IMG/VR virus record: IMGVR_UViG_3300034161_000026
Location: 1 to 54,305 of that record
DNA from: a virus
Lineage: Duplodnaviria > Caudoviricetes
Direction: 5' to 3' (one strand)
Length of the DNA: 54,305 nt
Positions 17,739 through 27,103 of the stretch are shown piece by piece; the first letter of the stretch is position 1; each line of letters starts with the position of its first letter. A model generated the notes under the pieces. It was not told where the DNA came from and searched no databases. It worked only from the letters and a program-made list of their open reading frames with translations. Both the position numbers and the translations under genes were made by a program.

Positions 17739-18025
17739 GCAACCGAGTCGCTGCAATGCTTCCGCGCAAAAGTATGAGTGATCTGGAGCGGAAGTTTTTG
17801 AAGATCGCCGGTGAGGAGCTTGCCACTGTCAAGGTTGGCGGACCCAGCGCGCTCGCGTACTTGCTCGACATGGTCGCCTCCTGGCACGGCATGCGGGCCG
17901 AAATTGGATTTCATGATTACGGTCAGCGATGGCTAATCGAGGGGAACGCAAAGAACAAATCCGCCGACCGGTTGCTGCGCGACCTGTTTGGCCTATGCGA
18001 TCCAGATCCGAGGAAAGCCGCATGA
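17735..18025 (+). CDS. Hypothetical phage protein
   Basis: Coupled ORF between dnaB and Q. Confidence 0.6.
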   Translation: MSNRVAAMLPRKSMSDLERKFLKIAGEELATVKVGGPSALAYLLDMVASWHGMRAEIGFHDYGQRWLIEGNAKNKSADRLLRDLFGLCDPDPRKAA

Positions 18026-18411
18026 AAAAGCGAACGTACATCGGCAAGCCCTTGGGGGATACCGAGTGGATGCTGGAACAGTGGGGCTATTGGCGGATGG
18101 ACGGAATGGGCGTGCCTCGGTATGTGTCCCCACTTTATGCCTTGATTCGCGACAACACGCCGTGCGAGGGAGGGGTGAAGGAGTACTCAATGACTGATGA
18201 TCTAGGACTGGTGTTGGATGGGGCCGTCGCCCGGCTGACGATGCGTGATCAGCAGATGGGAAATTTCATCTGGTTGTACTTTGGCGCTAAGTGGCCGGCA
18301 CTGCGGATCGCAAGAGAAAACGGCCTGGGTGAAGCGAAGGCTCGGGAGGTCATTAAGGCCGGAGTCGCATGGATCGATTGCGCTCTAGAGACGATTCGCG
18401 AGGCGGCGTAA
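18022..18411 (+). CDS. Antiterminator Q-family protein
   Basis: LEQWGYW...D.AVARL...KAGVAWID; positioned before the late genes. Confidence 0.8.
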   Translation: MKKRTYIGKPLGDTEWMLEQWGYWRMDGMGVPRYVSPLYALIRDNTPCEGGVKEYSMTDDLGLVLDGAVARLTMRDQQMGNFIWLYFGAKWPALRIARENGLGEAKAREVIKAGVAWIDCALETIREAA

Positions 18412-18484
18412 AAAAGTCTTTCCACGCGGATAACGACCTGTTTTCATGGCACGGTGTTCAGCTGTTTCAGCGCGACACCACACG

Positions 18485-18513
18485 AAAAACCCGGCCATTG
18501 AGCCGGGTTTTTT
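18485..18513. terminator. Bidirectional terminator (tR'-like)
   Basis: AAAAACCCGGC-CATTGA-GCCGGGTTTTTT. Confidence 0.85.
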
Positions 18514-18514
18514 G

Positions 18515-18763
18515 TTATGGGTTTATTATTTCGGCGCGAATGGATGCTGTCGTAGTGTAGTAGCCATTCTCTTGGAGGGACTTAATTGCCTTCTCGTAAT
18601 CAAGGCCCCAGCGCGGCGGCGCGGGGGTGATATCCCATTGACCTTCATATTTGAGGCCTGCAGCTATTTTTTGAATTTCATCGGGCAGGCTGCTTAGGTC
18701 ACGACCAAGAGTAATCAGTAGGATTCTTTTGCGGGGATTGCTGAGGTAAACATCGGCTTTCAT
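18515..18763 (-). CDS. Hypothetical protein, third gene of the hicAB transcript
   Basis: AAGGAG RBS, 27 bp downstream of hicB. Confidence 0.65.
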   Translation of the reverse strand: MKADVYLSNPRKRILLITLGRDLSSLPDEIQKIAAGLKYEGQWDITPAPPRWGLDYEKAIKSLQENGYYTTTASIRAEIINP

Positions 18764-18790
18764 TTCGAGCTCCTTGGAAATGTCAGTTAA

Positions 18791-19525
18791 TTAGATGAGC
18801 GCTAAGCTATCGACTTCGCGCGCTGTTGCAGGGTCAACCATACGAGATCGACGAAACACACCAGTTGCCACAAGGGCATCTATGACCGGAACGGTTGCTT
18901 GTCGAGTGTTGCAACTGGCGTGGTGCGCAAAACCACGCAAGATGAAGTCGACGCTGTAGTCCTTGATTTGATCGTGGTTGGCATTGGATTTTCCGATCAC
19001 CAACTCACAGTTATCGCCGAAAGCTTCGACGAGCTGTCGTACTGCGAACCTGGCGGAAACTCGCGACTCTGGAAGTGTTACCCAGATATCGAACGGGTTA
19101 GTGATGGTCTCTCGACTCAATCGCAACTTGACGTTCAGAGCGCGAAGACCAGCCTCTACTGCCTCCATCTTCGAGGTATGGAGGAAGTCCACCAAGCGAT
19201 CGCCTTGAGTCTGGGCCAGGTCGAGAAGGCGGCACAGATCGGCCTTGCGCATATCGCGCACCATCATTTCGTTCCACAGAACAATTTTTGCCACGGTCAC
19301 CGCCGGTAGGCGTACGACATGTTGACCAGGTACAGGCGTTGAGGCTTTAGGAATCGGGCGACGTTGATCGACATATATCGAGAGGGCGGTCTCAATGCCG
19401 TCCACCGACTCCCGCAAAGCATCGGCGATATCGTCACCTGCGCTGTTGAACTCTGGGAGGTCTTTGCAGGTAACAGCGACGCCTGGGTTTTCGTCTTCGT
19501 GAATAGTTACTGGGTAATCAAACAT
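18791..19525 (-). CDS. hicB: HicB antitoxin with ~105-aa C-terminal extension
   Basis: MFDYPV...DLPE....GD...AL...IP..S plus HTH, then an extra domain. Confidence 0.85.
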   Translation of the reverse strand: MFDYPVTIHEDENPGVAVTCKDLPEFNSAGDDIADALRESVDGIETALSIYVDQRRPIPKASTPVPGQHVVRLPAVTVAKIVLWNEMMVRDMRKADLCRLLDLAQTQGDRLVDFLHTSKMEAVEAGLRALNVKLRLSRETITNPFDIWVTLPESRVSARFAVRQLVEAFGDNCELVIGKSNANHDQIKDYSVDFILRGFAHHASCNTRQATVPVIDALVATGVFRRSRMVDPATAREVDSLALI

Positions 19526-19593
19526 TTCTAGCCCTCCAATCGGCGGCTCTCTGTTGAATGTTTGGTGGGTGATGAATGCGAGTGAGCTGGGGC

Positions 19594-19776
19594 TCATTCA
19601 AGTCCCAGCTGTTTGATGATTCCTTTCCGGGTCGGCTCTTTCATTTCCTTTGAGCCGTGATCCGCAAAGACCGTTTGCTTGCCGTTGTAGTAGATCTTGA
19701 AGTGGCTGCCACCTTTGCCTGCTTCGAAGATCACCCCTCGGGCCTTCAACCATCGTCTGAACTCGCTGTACTTCAT
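19594..19776 (-). CDS. hicA: HicA toxin
   Basis: MKYSEFRRWLKARG...GGSH...HGSKEM...IIKQLGL. Confidence 0.92.
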   Translation of the reverse strand: MKYSEFRRWLKARGVIFEAGKGGSHFKIYYNGKQTVFADHGSKEMKEPTRKGIIKQLGLE

Positions 19777-19807
19777 CACCTCGCCTCGTTGTTTGGATGA
19801 GGCTATG

Positions 19808-19845
19808 TTACCACGTTTTTGTGGTAATACAACTATTTTGTGGTG
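19808..19845. promoter_or_regulatory. Putative HicB operator palindromes
   Basis: TTACCAC-N6-GTGGTAA plus an imperfect adjacent copy. Confidence 0.6.
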
Positions 19846-19896
19846 TTGCGTATTTTGCCATTCGGAGCCTCCGCACCTACAGGGGCTTTTCATTTT

Positions 19897-19941
19897 CGGC
19901 TCCACCACGCCCATCGTTCTGAGCTGGGCGTGGTGGAGCCG
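19897..19941 (+). repeat. 17-bp perfect inverted repeat upstream of the holin
   Basis: CGGCTCCACCACGCCCA / TGGGCGTGGTGGAGCCG. Confidence 0.9.
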
Positions 19942-19975
19942 TACCTATCACGCTCCCCGCAAGGGAGGACATCGG

Positions 19976-20302
19976 ATGAAGCTCATGCCCGAAAAGAACC
20001 CGGACACGTGGGCCGCTATCTGGGTGGCCCTGAGCAATCCACTTTGGCAGGGCGCAATTATGGCGATCCTTATCTCCTTCCTGCGCGTCCTGTATGACGC
20101 AAAAGAAACCAGCAAGCGCCGGATCTGCTTCGAGGCGTTGATCTGCGGTGGATTGAGCTTGTCAGCCAGTAGCGTCATTGAGTGGATGGCCTGGCCATCG
20201 AGTTTGTCTGTTGCCGCCGGCGGGACCATTGGCTTCCTTGGCGTCACGGCCATTCGCGAGATGGTGACCCGCTTCCTGGGTCGCAAGGTGGATTCGCTAT
20301 GA
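19976..20302 (+). CDS. Lambda-family holin with dual-start motif
   Basis: MKLMPEKNPDTW...GGTIGFLGV. Confidence 0.9.
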   Translation: MKLMPEKNPDTWAAIWVALSNPLWQGAIMAILISFLRVLYDAKETSKRRICFEALICGGLSLSASSVIEWMAWPSSLSVAAGGTIGFLGVTAIREMVTRFLGRKVDSL

Positions 20303-20688
20303 AGGCCTTTGCCGCTGCAGCAATCATCGCGCTCGTTGCCTGCCTGTTGCTGGGCATCCAGCACTACCAGGTCATCGCACTTGAAGGTCAGGTGACGATC
20401 GAGGCCAAGGGCAAGCAAGACGCCATCGCGGCCAACACCGAGAGCCAGGCGACGATCACCACCCTGCGCGCCGAAGCCCAGCGCAACGCCGCCTACACCG
20501 CCGACCTCAACAAACGAATCAAGGCCAGCGAAGACAAAGCCAAAAAGGCGAGGAAAGACTTTGAAGATCTCAAGCGCAACAGCAAGCCTGTTCGTGATTG
20601 GGCTGCTCAGCCTCTGCCTGACGGCCTGCGCGGGAAAGCCACCACCAATGGTGGTAAAGACAGAAACAGTAAGGCTGGAAGCCCCTGA
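20299..20688 (+). CDS. i-spanin (Rz-like), pair 1
   Basis: N-terminal TM, coiled coil, VRDWAAQPLPD. Confidence 0.75.
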   Translation: MKAFAAAAIIALVACLLLGIQHYQVIALEGQVTIEAKGKQDAIAANTESQATITTLRAEAQRNAAYTADLNKRIKASEDKAKKARKDFEDLKRNSKPVRDWAAQPLPDGLRGKATTNGGKDRNSKAGSP

Positions 20689-20836
20689 GTTGATCCCGTG
20701 TGAGCGGGTAGACCCTGACGAGTCTGACCTTCGCCTGAATGGTGATGTGTGGGAGCTGAAGGATCAGGCCATCAAGCTGCTGGACACGTGCGCCGACCAG
20801 GTTGACGCCCAGATCAAGCGAAGTCAGAGCAAGTAG
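20561..20836 (+). CDS. o-spanin (Rz1-like lipoprotein), pair 1
   Basis: Lipobox LTAC, Pro-rich, overlaps the i-spanin gene. Confidence 0.75.
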   Translation: MKISSATASLFVIGLLSLCLTACAGKPPPMVVKTETVRLEAPELIPCERVDPDESDLRLNGDVWELKDQAIKLLDTCADQVDAQIKRSQSK

Positions 20837-20838
20837 CC

Positions 20839-20874
20839 CGCGACACGTTTCGCGAATCATCAAAACGTGTCGCG
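20839..20874. repeat. 12-bp inverted repeat
   Basis: CGCGACACGTTT...AAACGTGTCGCG. Confidence 0.85.
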
Positions 20875-20889
20875 ACATTGGAGAAGGAC

Positions 20890-21078
20890 ATGAACAACGT
20901 CACTCGTCTGCGCCATGTCCTGCCGATGAGCCCGGACATCAACAAGGCCATCGCCGATTTGGATAGCGCTATCGCCAAGGCGGTAGACGCTGCCCAGGCC
21001 GCCGGCCTACCTCAAGGCCTGGTCGTTTCCCTGTTGCACGGGCACGCCCAAGTGCAAACCAACATCATGGTGAGCTGA
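20890..21078 (+). CDS. Hypothetical phage protein
   Basis: ATG with GAAGGA RBS. Confidence 0.65.
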   Translation: MNNVTRLRHVLPMSPDINKAIADLDSAIAKAVDAAQAAGLPQGLVVSLLHGHAQVQTNIMVS

Positions 21079-21266
21079 TGAGCGCAGACATCCATGACAT
21101 TGCAGATCAGCGCCCTCATCTGATGGTTGTTGCAAGCGATGGGGCTCACGTAATTCCGCACGCTCTGGTCAGGTCTGTAATTGCTGGAGATAAACCCTCC
21201 GCCATCCTGACCGAGCCTGTTCTGCGCCGGATCATTGAAGAGTGGCTACAGCAGGTGACCGCATGA
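21078..21266 (+). CDS. Hypothetical phage protein
   Basis: Translationally coupled ORF. Confidence 0.6.
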   Translation: MSADIHDIADQRPHLMVVASDGAHVIPHALVRSVIAGDKPSAILTEPVLRRIIEEWLQQVTA

Positions 21267-21703
21267 CGACCATTGCCTACAAAGACGGCGTAATCGCCTA
21301 TGACGGCCGTCAGACCCGCAATGATCGCATCGTTTCCGACAGTGCCCCGAAGTGCCAGGTGGTAGACGGGGTCAGCTTCTTCTTGTCGGGCTCGGTATGC
21401 GACGAGACGGCTTTGATCGCTGCGTACTTCGGCACTGCTTCGCCAGTTCCAGTGGAGTGCTCGGGTTACGTCGTCGATGGTGGAAAGCTGCTGATGGTCG
21501 GCCATGAGGACAATACGGGCATCTGGAAGCAGGAGCTGGAGCTGTCAAACCCTGACGCCATCGGAAGTGGTGCTGCATATGCCATCGCTGCAATGGATAT
21601 GGGGGCAAGCGCAGAGGATGCGGTGCGCGCTGCGATGAAGCGGGATATTTACACCGGCGGTACGATTCGCACGGTGGTCATTGATCCAGCCAAGGCGGGG
21701 TAG
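21263..21703 (+). CDS. Proteasome-beta/HslV-like Ntn-hydrolase
   Basis: M-TTIA start, AYDGR, Lys, AIGSG, RDIYTGG. Confidence 0.75.
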   Translation: MTTIAYKDGVIAYDGRQTRNDRIVSDSAPKCQVVDGVSFFLSGSVCDETALIAAYFGTASPVPVECSGYVVDGGKLLMVGHEDNTGIWKQELELSNPDAIGSGAAYAIAAMDMGASAEDAVRAAMKRDIYTGGTIRTVVIDPAKAG

Positions 21704-21734
21704 GTGTGCCGCAGGTGAGTGCGGCACGGCTGGA

Positions 21735-21944
21735 TCACTTCACTTTCAGTGCTTCTTGGATCTGGTCTGCATAGGCAGAGAGGCGTCCCATTTCCTCGTG
21801 CAGGATGGCGCCGCGCTCAGGCGAGTTACCAACTTATGAGTTGATCAATACGAGTGCTGCAGCTACAGCCGCTTCGCGAGTAATTTCTGGTGAGCCTGCG
21901 CCGCCCATATTTCTTTTGGTCAAGTCTTTGAATAGATCCGACAT
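21735..21944 (-). pseudogene. 69-codon moron gene with an internal stop
   Basis: AAGGA RBS; MSDLFKDL...LINS*VGNSPERG...EALKVK; TAA at 21836-21834. Confidence 0.6.
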
Positions 21945-22034
21945 GTTGCTTTCCTTGCTGATGAGTTGATCATCACCAATACCGGCAACACGCCACCATT
22001 TCAATCCCTACTTTCGAACTACCTGAGACAATTT

Positions 22035-22634
22035 ATGACAACCAAGCAACCCGACTGGGAGGCAATCGAACGCGCCTACCGGGCTGGTTCGCTCTCCATC
22101 AGAACTATTGCTGAGCGCCAAGGCGTGAGTGACACGGCGATCAGGAAGAAAGCCAAGGTCCAAGGATGGGCGAGGGACCTATCTGACCAGGTGCGGAAAG
22201 AGGTTCGCAGCAAGCTGGTTCGCGGTGAGGTTCGCAACGAACAAGGCGCGAACTGCGAACTTGACGCCGAGATTATCGAAGAGGCCGCAGAGGAAGGCGC
22301 CCAGGTGGTTCGCAGCCACCGCCGTGACATCCGCAAGGCCTCAAACCTTGCGAACCTGCTGATGGATGACCTGCTCAACACCATCCAGCGCCGCGAAGAG
22401 ATCGAAGACGCGATCATCGATGAGACAGACGAGGACAACAACGGCATGCGCCGCGCCTCGATGCTCGCCGCCGTAGCGCTTCCAAGCAATTCAAAAACCC
22501 TGTTCCAGCTTTCGTCGGCGATGAAGAACCTTCAGGTTCTGGAGCGCCAAGCGTTCGGCCTGGATGAAAAAGAGAAATCCGCAGATGCCGATGAGCTCTC
22601 GAGCCTGATGGACGAACTATCGAAGGAAGCCTGA
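22035..22634 (+). CDS. terS: Terminase small subunit
   Basis: PDWEAIERAYRAG..SIR.IA...GVS..AIRKKAK..GW.R; upstream of terL. Confidence 0.85.
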   Translation: MTTKQPDWEAIERAYRAGSLSIRTIAERQGVSDTAIRKKAKVQGWARDLSDQVRKEVRSKLVRGEVRNEQGANCELDAEIIEEAAEEGAQVVRSHRRDIRKASNLANLLMDDLLNTIQRREEIEDAIIDETDEDNNGMRRASMLAAVALPSNSKTLFQLSSAMKNLQVLERQAFGLDEKEKSADADELSSLMDELSKEA

Positions 22635-22635
22635 C

Positions 22636-24123
22636 ATGAAGCCCGAGCACATGAAGCTGCTCCGGGACAAGCGATGGCGCCTGAACAACCTCTACTTCAT
22701 CACGGACAAGCAGGGCAAGAAGGTCCGCTTCCGGATGACGGACGAGCAGATCGAGTACTTCGATGGGATGCACACGCGCAACATTATCCTGAAGGCTCGA
22801 CAGCTCGGCTTTACCACTGAGTGCTGCATCATCCAGCTCGACGCGGCTCTGTTCGAGTCGGCCAAGTGCGCATTGATCGCTCACACCCTGAACGACGCCA
22901 AGCGCCTGTTCCGGGAAAAGGTGAAGTATGCCTACGACAATCTGCCGGCCGAGATCCGCGCTGCCAACCCTGCGAGCAACGACGCCGCCGGTGAGCTGGT
23001 GTTCAGCAAGGGCGGCTCGCTCTACGTCTCCACGTCCTTCCGGGGCGGCACGCTGCGTTATCTGCATGTGTCCGAGTTCGGGAAGATATGCGCCAAGTTT
23101 CCACACAAGGCCCGCGAGATTGTCACCGGTGCATTTGAGGCCGTGGCCACCGACTGTTTCGTCACGATTGAATCGACGGCGGAAGGCCGGGCCGGCTACT
23201 TCTTCGATTACTCGCAGAGTGCCGAGCGCCAGCAACTGGCCGGCGTGCCTTTGGGTCTGCTGGACTGGAAGTTCTTCTTTTTTAGTTGGTGGAAGAACAA
23301 GGCCTACCGGCTTGACCCGACTGACGTGGTCATCCCGCAGCGCCTGACCGATTACTTCAACGAGCTGCATGCCAAGCACGGCATCGTCACCGATGACGGT
23401 CAGCGTGCCTGGTACGCGGCCAAGGAGAAGACGCTCGGCGACGACATGAAACGGGAATACCCGTCGATACCCGTTGAAGCCTTCCAGCAGTCTGTCGAAG
23501 GCGCTTACTACGCCCAGCAACTGACCAAGCTCTACGCGCAGCAGCGCATCGGCGTGATGCCGGACAACAGCCATTTGCCGGTGATGACCTTCTGGGATAT
23601 CGGCGTCAGCGACTCCACGGCCATCTGGTTCGTGCGTCAAGTCGGCACCGAATACCACGTCATCGATTACTACGAGAACTCGGGCGAAGGCCTGCGGCAC
23701 TACATGAAGGTGCTCAAGGACAAGGGTTACACCTATTCCGAGCACTGGGGGCCGCACGACATCGAGAACCGCGAGTTCGGCAGTGATGCGAAGACTCGCA
23801 AAGACATTGCCCGAGAAGGGTACGAGATCGATGGCCAGATCTACCGAATGACGTTCCAGGTGGTTCCGAAGATCGGCGTGGACGACGGCATTGAGCAGGT
23901 TCGCGAGATTCTGTCCAAGTGCGCTTTCGACGAATCGAAGTGTGAAGGGGGCATCACTGCACTCGAGAACTACCGCAAAGAGTGGGACGACAAGAAGGGC
24001 TGCTGGAAAGACAAGCCGCTGCATGACTGGACTTCCCACGGCTCCGATGCATTCCGGTACTTCGCTGTCGCCAAGAGCGCCAGGAAGCCGGTCAAATCAA
24101 TCAAAATGGGATTCGCACGCTAA
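22636..24123 (+). CDS. terL: Terminase large subunit
   Basis: LKARQLGFTT, LHVSE, IESTAEG, WDIGVSD, SHGSDAFRY. Confidence 0.95.
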   Translation: MKPEHMKLLRDKRWRLNNLYFITDKQGKKVRFRMTDEQIEYFDGMHTRNIILKARQLGFTTECCIIQLDAALFESAKCALIAHTLNDAKRLFREKVKYAYDNLPAEIRAANPASNDAAGELVFSKGGSLYVSTSFRGGTLRYLHVSEFGKICAKFPHKAREIVTGAFEAVATDCFVTIESTAEGRAGYFFDYSQSAERQQLAGVPLGLLDWKFFFFSWWKNKAYRLDPTDVVIPQRLTDYFNELHAKHGIVTDDGQRAWYAAKEKTLGDDMKREYPSIPVEAFQQSVEGAYYAQQLTKLYAQQRIGVMPDNSHLPVMTFWDIGVSDSTAIWFVRQVGTEYHVIDYYENSGEGLRHYMKVLKDKGYTYSEHWGPHDIENREFGSDAKTRKDIAREGYEIDGQIYRMTFQVVPKIGVDDGIEQVREILSKCAFDESKCEGGITALENYRKEWDDKKGCWKDKPLHDWTSHGSDAFRYFAVAKSARKPVKSIKMGFAR

Positions 24124-25583
24124 TGGCAGACGTCACCTACACCCGCCCGGAGTACGACGCGGCACAGTCCCGTTGGCGGCTGGTGCGCGACGTGTGCAAG
24201 GGATCCGAAACCGTAAAGGCCCGAGGCGATGTTTATCTGCCGAAGCCCAACGAACACGACACCAGCCCCGAGAATATCGCCCGCTACAAGGGCTACAAGC
24301 AGCGGGCCGTTTTCTACAACGCCACCGGGCGAACTAAAAACAGTTTGGTTGGTGCGGTGTTCCGCACCTGGCCGACGCTGACCGTCCCTGGTGCTCTCGA
24401 CTATGTGTCGAAGGACATCGACGGGCAGGGCGTGAGTGTTTACCAGCAGTCGCAATCGGTCATCGGGCATCTGCTCGAGGTTGGTCGTCACGGCCTGCTG
24501 GTGGATTACGTTGCAGTGAAGGCTGGAACCGTGAGCAAGGCTGACGAACAGGCGGGACGCGCCAGGTCGAGTGTGGCCAGCTACCCAGCCGAGTCAATCA
24601 GGAACTGGAAGACTCGAAAGGTCGGCGGCCAGCACCTGTTGAGCCTGGTTGTTCTGCGTGAGGAGGCCGATAAAGATACGGACGACGGTTTCGGCAGTGA
24701 CAAGGTCGTGCACTACCGGGTCCTTCGCCTCGACGAGGCCGGCTTCTACACGCAAGAAGTCTGGGAGGAAGGCAGTAGCGAAACGTCCATGGTTGTCGCG
24801 CCTTTCACGCCACTCAACGGCCTCGGTCAACCGTGGAAGCTGATTCCGTTCCAGTTCCTGGGTAGCGAGAACAACGACACCAGCATTGACGACTCGCCGC
24901 TGTACGACATGGCTGTGCTGAACATCGGCCATTACTGCAACAGCGCGGACTACGAAGACTCGGTGTGGTTTTCCGGTCAGCCTCAGTTCTGGATTTCCGG
25001 CCTCGATGAGGCTTGGCGCGATCACTTGGAAGCGAACGGCATTTATGTCGGCTCCCGCGCGCCATTGACGCTCCCGACCAATGGGTCGTGCGGTTTTGCT
25101 CAGCCCGAGCCGAACACGCTCGTCAAAGAGGCAATGGACGCCAAGAAGGAAGACATGGTGTCTCTTGGCGCCCGGCTGATTGAGCGGGGCAGTGCGGTGA
25201 AGACCGCGACACAGGCTGACAACGACAGCGCCGCCGAACACAGCGTGCTCTCCCTGGTGGTGAGCAACGTCAGCGAGGCCTACAGCCAGTGCTTGGTCTG
25301 GATGGCTGAGTTCACGAACGCTGCCGGTGAAGCACTCTACAAACTAAATCAGGACTTCAGCCAGATCAGCCTGGACGCAACGATCCTCACGGCACTGTTC
25401 AACGCAGTGCAGGGCGGCAAACTGCCGGCGGGCGACTTCTGGCAGTACCTGCGCGATCGCGGGGTGATCAACCCTGAGAAGACCGACGACCAGATTCGCG
25501 ACGAACTGGAATCCGAAAGCCCAGGGCCTGCCCTGGACGATACCGAGGTAGTCCCGAATGGCCGCAAACCAAGCGATCCTTGA
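24123..25583 (+). CDS. Portal protein (DUF4055 type)
   Basis: Y..RAVFYN.T.RT; follows terL. Confidence 0.88.
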   Translation: MADVTYTRPEYDAAQSRWRLVRDVCKGSETVKARGDVYLPKPNEHDTSPENIARYKGYKQRAVFYNATGRTKNSLVGAVFRTWPTLTVPGALDYVSKDIDGQGVSVYQQSQSVIGHLLEVGRHGLLVDYVAVKAGTVSKADEQAGRARSSVASYPAESIRNWKTRKVGGQHLLSLVVLREEADKDTDDGFGSDKVVHYRVLRLDEAGFYTQEVWEEGSSETSMVVAPFTPLNGLGQPWKLIPFQFLGSENNDTSIDDSPLYDMAVLNIGHYCNSADYEDSVWFSGQPQFWISGLDEAWRDHLEANGIYVGSRAPLTLPTNGSCGFAQPEPNTLVKEAMDAKKEDMVSLGARLIERGSAVKTATQADNDSAAEHSVLSLVVSNVSEAYSQCLVWMAEFTNAAGEALYKLNQDFSQISLDATILTALFNAVQGGKLPAGDFWQYLRDRGVINPEKTDDQIRDELESESPGPALDDTEVVPNGRKPSDP

Positions 25584-26649
25584 TGCCACGATTCGGCATG
25601 CGGTCTTCCTCGAACAGTTGAAGTCGGGGGAGGTCGCCAAGTTCGGGCCTTTCCTCAAGGAGATCGATCGTTATCTGCGCGAGCGACTGACCCGGACCGA
25701 CCTGACGGATTACACCATCGCCAGGCTGGAACGTTTGTTGAGTGAGGTCGACAGCCTGCTGCTGGGCATCTTCAACCGCTACAGCGACCAGTTGAACCTT
25801 GACCTCGTCGACATCGCGAACTACGAGGCTGAGTTTGAGGCGACAAGCCTGACCCGGGCTTCGCCGGTTGGCGTCACCTTTGATGCTGCGCTACCGGGTG
25901 CCGCTGCAATCAGGTCGGCAATCCTCACCAACCCACTCAGTGTGCGGGGCGCGGATGCCGGTAAGCTGCTCAAGTCGTTTATTGATGGCTTTACCGCCAC
26001 TGAGCGGCAACGCCTGACTGGCGCGATTCGGCAGGGCTTCTTCGAAGGCCAGACGAACTTCCAGATCATCAAGAACATCCGGGGCACCAAAGCGCTCCAG
26101 TACAACGACGGCATCCTGGCCACGACCAACCGTAACGCCGGCGCCATCGTGAGGACGGCGGTACAGCACGTTGCCACCCAGGCGCGCATGGAGACACTCA
26201 AAGAGAACTCCGATGTCGTCCAATCTGTGGAATGGGTCAGCACCCTAGACACGAAGACGACCAGCCAATGCCGGTCGCTCGACAAGCATCGCTTCAAGCT
26301 GACTGAAGGGCCAAGGCCGCCGATCCACATTAACTGCCGCTCGACAGTGGTGGCGGTGACTCGCTTCAGTGCGATGTTCGGAAAGGGCGCTACCCGGGCA
26401 TCCATCGGCGATGGCGGAGCACAGCAGGTCCGTGCTGACCTCAGTTATTACGACTGGCTTCAGCAGCAGCCGGCAGCGTTTCAGGACAAGGCCATCGGCC
26501 CGGTCCGCGCCAAGCTTTTCCGCGAAGGCGGCCTGACCATCGAACGATTCTCCGAGCTGCAGCTTGATCGCAACTTTGCGCCGCTAACGCTGAAGGAGAT
26601 GAAGGCTCTTGAGCCTCTGGCGTTCGAGCGGGCTGGCTTGCTATCGTGA
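25558..26649 (+). CDS. Minor head morphogenesis protein (SPP1 gp7/MuF)
   Basis: WVSTLD.KT...C..LD, PPIHINCRS. Confidence 0.9.
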   Translation: MAANQAILDATIRHAVFLEQLKSGEVAKFGPFLKEIDRYLRERLTRTDLTDYTIARLERLLSEVDSLLLGIFNRYSDQLNLDLVDIANYEAEFEATSLTRASPVGVTFDAALPGAAAIRSAILTNPLSVRGADAGKLLKSFIDGFTATERQRLTGAIRQGFFEGQTNFQIIKNIRGTKALQYNDGILATTNRNAGAIVRTAVQHVATQARMETLKENSDVVQSVEWVSTLDTKTTSQCRSLDKHRFKLTEGPRPPIHINCRSTVVAVTRFSAMFGKGATRASIGDGGAQQVRADLSYYDWLQQQPAAFQDKAIGPVRAKLFREGGLTIERFSELQLDRNFAPLTLKEMKALEPLAFERAGLLS

Positions 26650-27020
26650 TTCTATTTAGCAGGTCAGCAGGGATATTGATGCTAAGCAAATTAACTAGTA
26701 ACGACATTCTGGTTGTTGAGTGTGCGTTTATAGGAGCTTTCAATTATAAATTTGGTAGCAAGTCCAAAGATGAATACGCGACTGTTATCGTAGAGGCTGC
26801 GCGTTCTACCTTGGTTGCATTTATTCGTAAGGCCATGACCAGGGGAGTTCTGGCAAACGATGAGTTATTGAAAATATTTGATTTTGTTTTTAGCGATGAT
26901 CGATTAGCCACGCTGGTTACCAGCGCGGCTAGCGTGTTTGTCGATTACATAAATGAAATTTTTAGTCAGCGTCCTTATACGCCAGACGTATTAAGTATTT
27001 TCCATATGCGAAGTATCTGA
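26646..27020 (+). CDS. AT-rich moron, hypothetical protein
   Basis: 124-aa low-GC ORF between MuF and scaffold, followed by a terminator. Confidence 0.55.
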   Translation: MILFSRSAGILMLSKLTSNDILVVECAFIGAFNYKFGSKSKDEYATVIVEAARSTLVAFIRKAMTRGVLANDELLKIFDFVFSDDRLATLVTSAASVFVDYINEIFSQRPYTPDVLSIFHMRSI

Positions 27021-27034
27021 AATCAGCTTCATAC

Positions 27035-27058
27035 AAACCTGCTTTTGCGGGTTTTTTT
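27035..27058 (+). terminator. Intrinsic terminator
   Basis: AAACCTGC-TTTT-GCGGGTTTTTTT. Confidence 0.7.
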
Positions 27059-27103
27059 ACGCCCGCAGGCAGGGCCTGCACCTAAGTCTCTGGGAGACAA
27101 CAA

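Noticed and set aside
25558-26649. MuF polymorphic toxin
   Set aside because: No C-terminal toxin extension; ordinary short MuF
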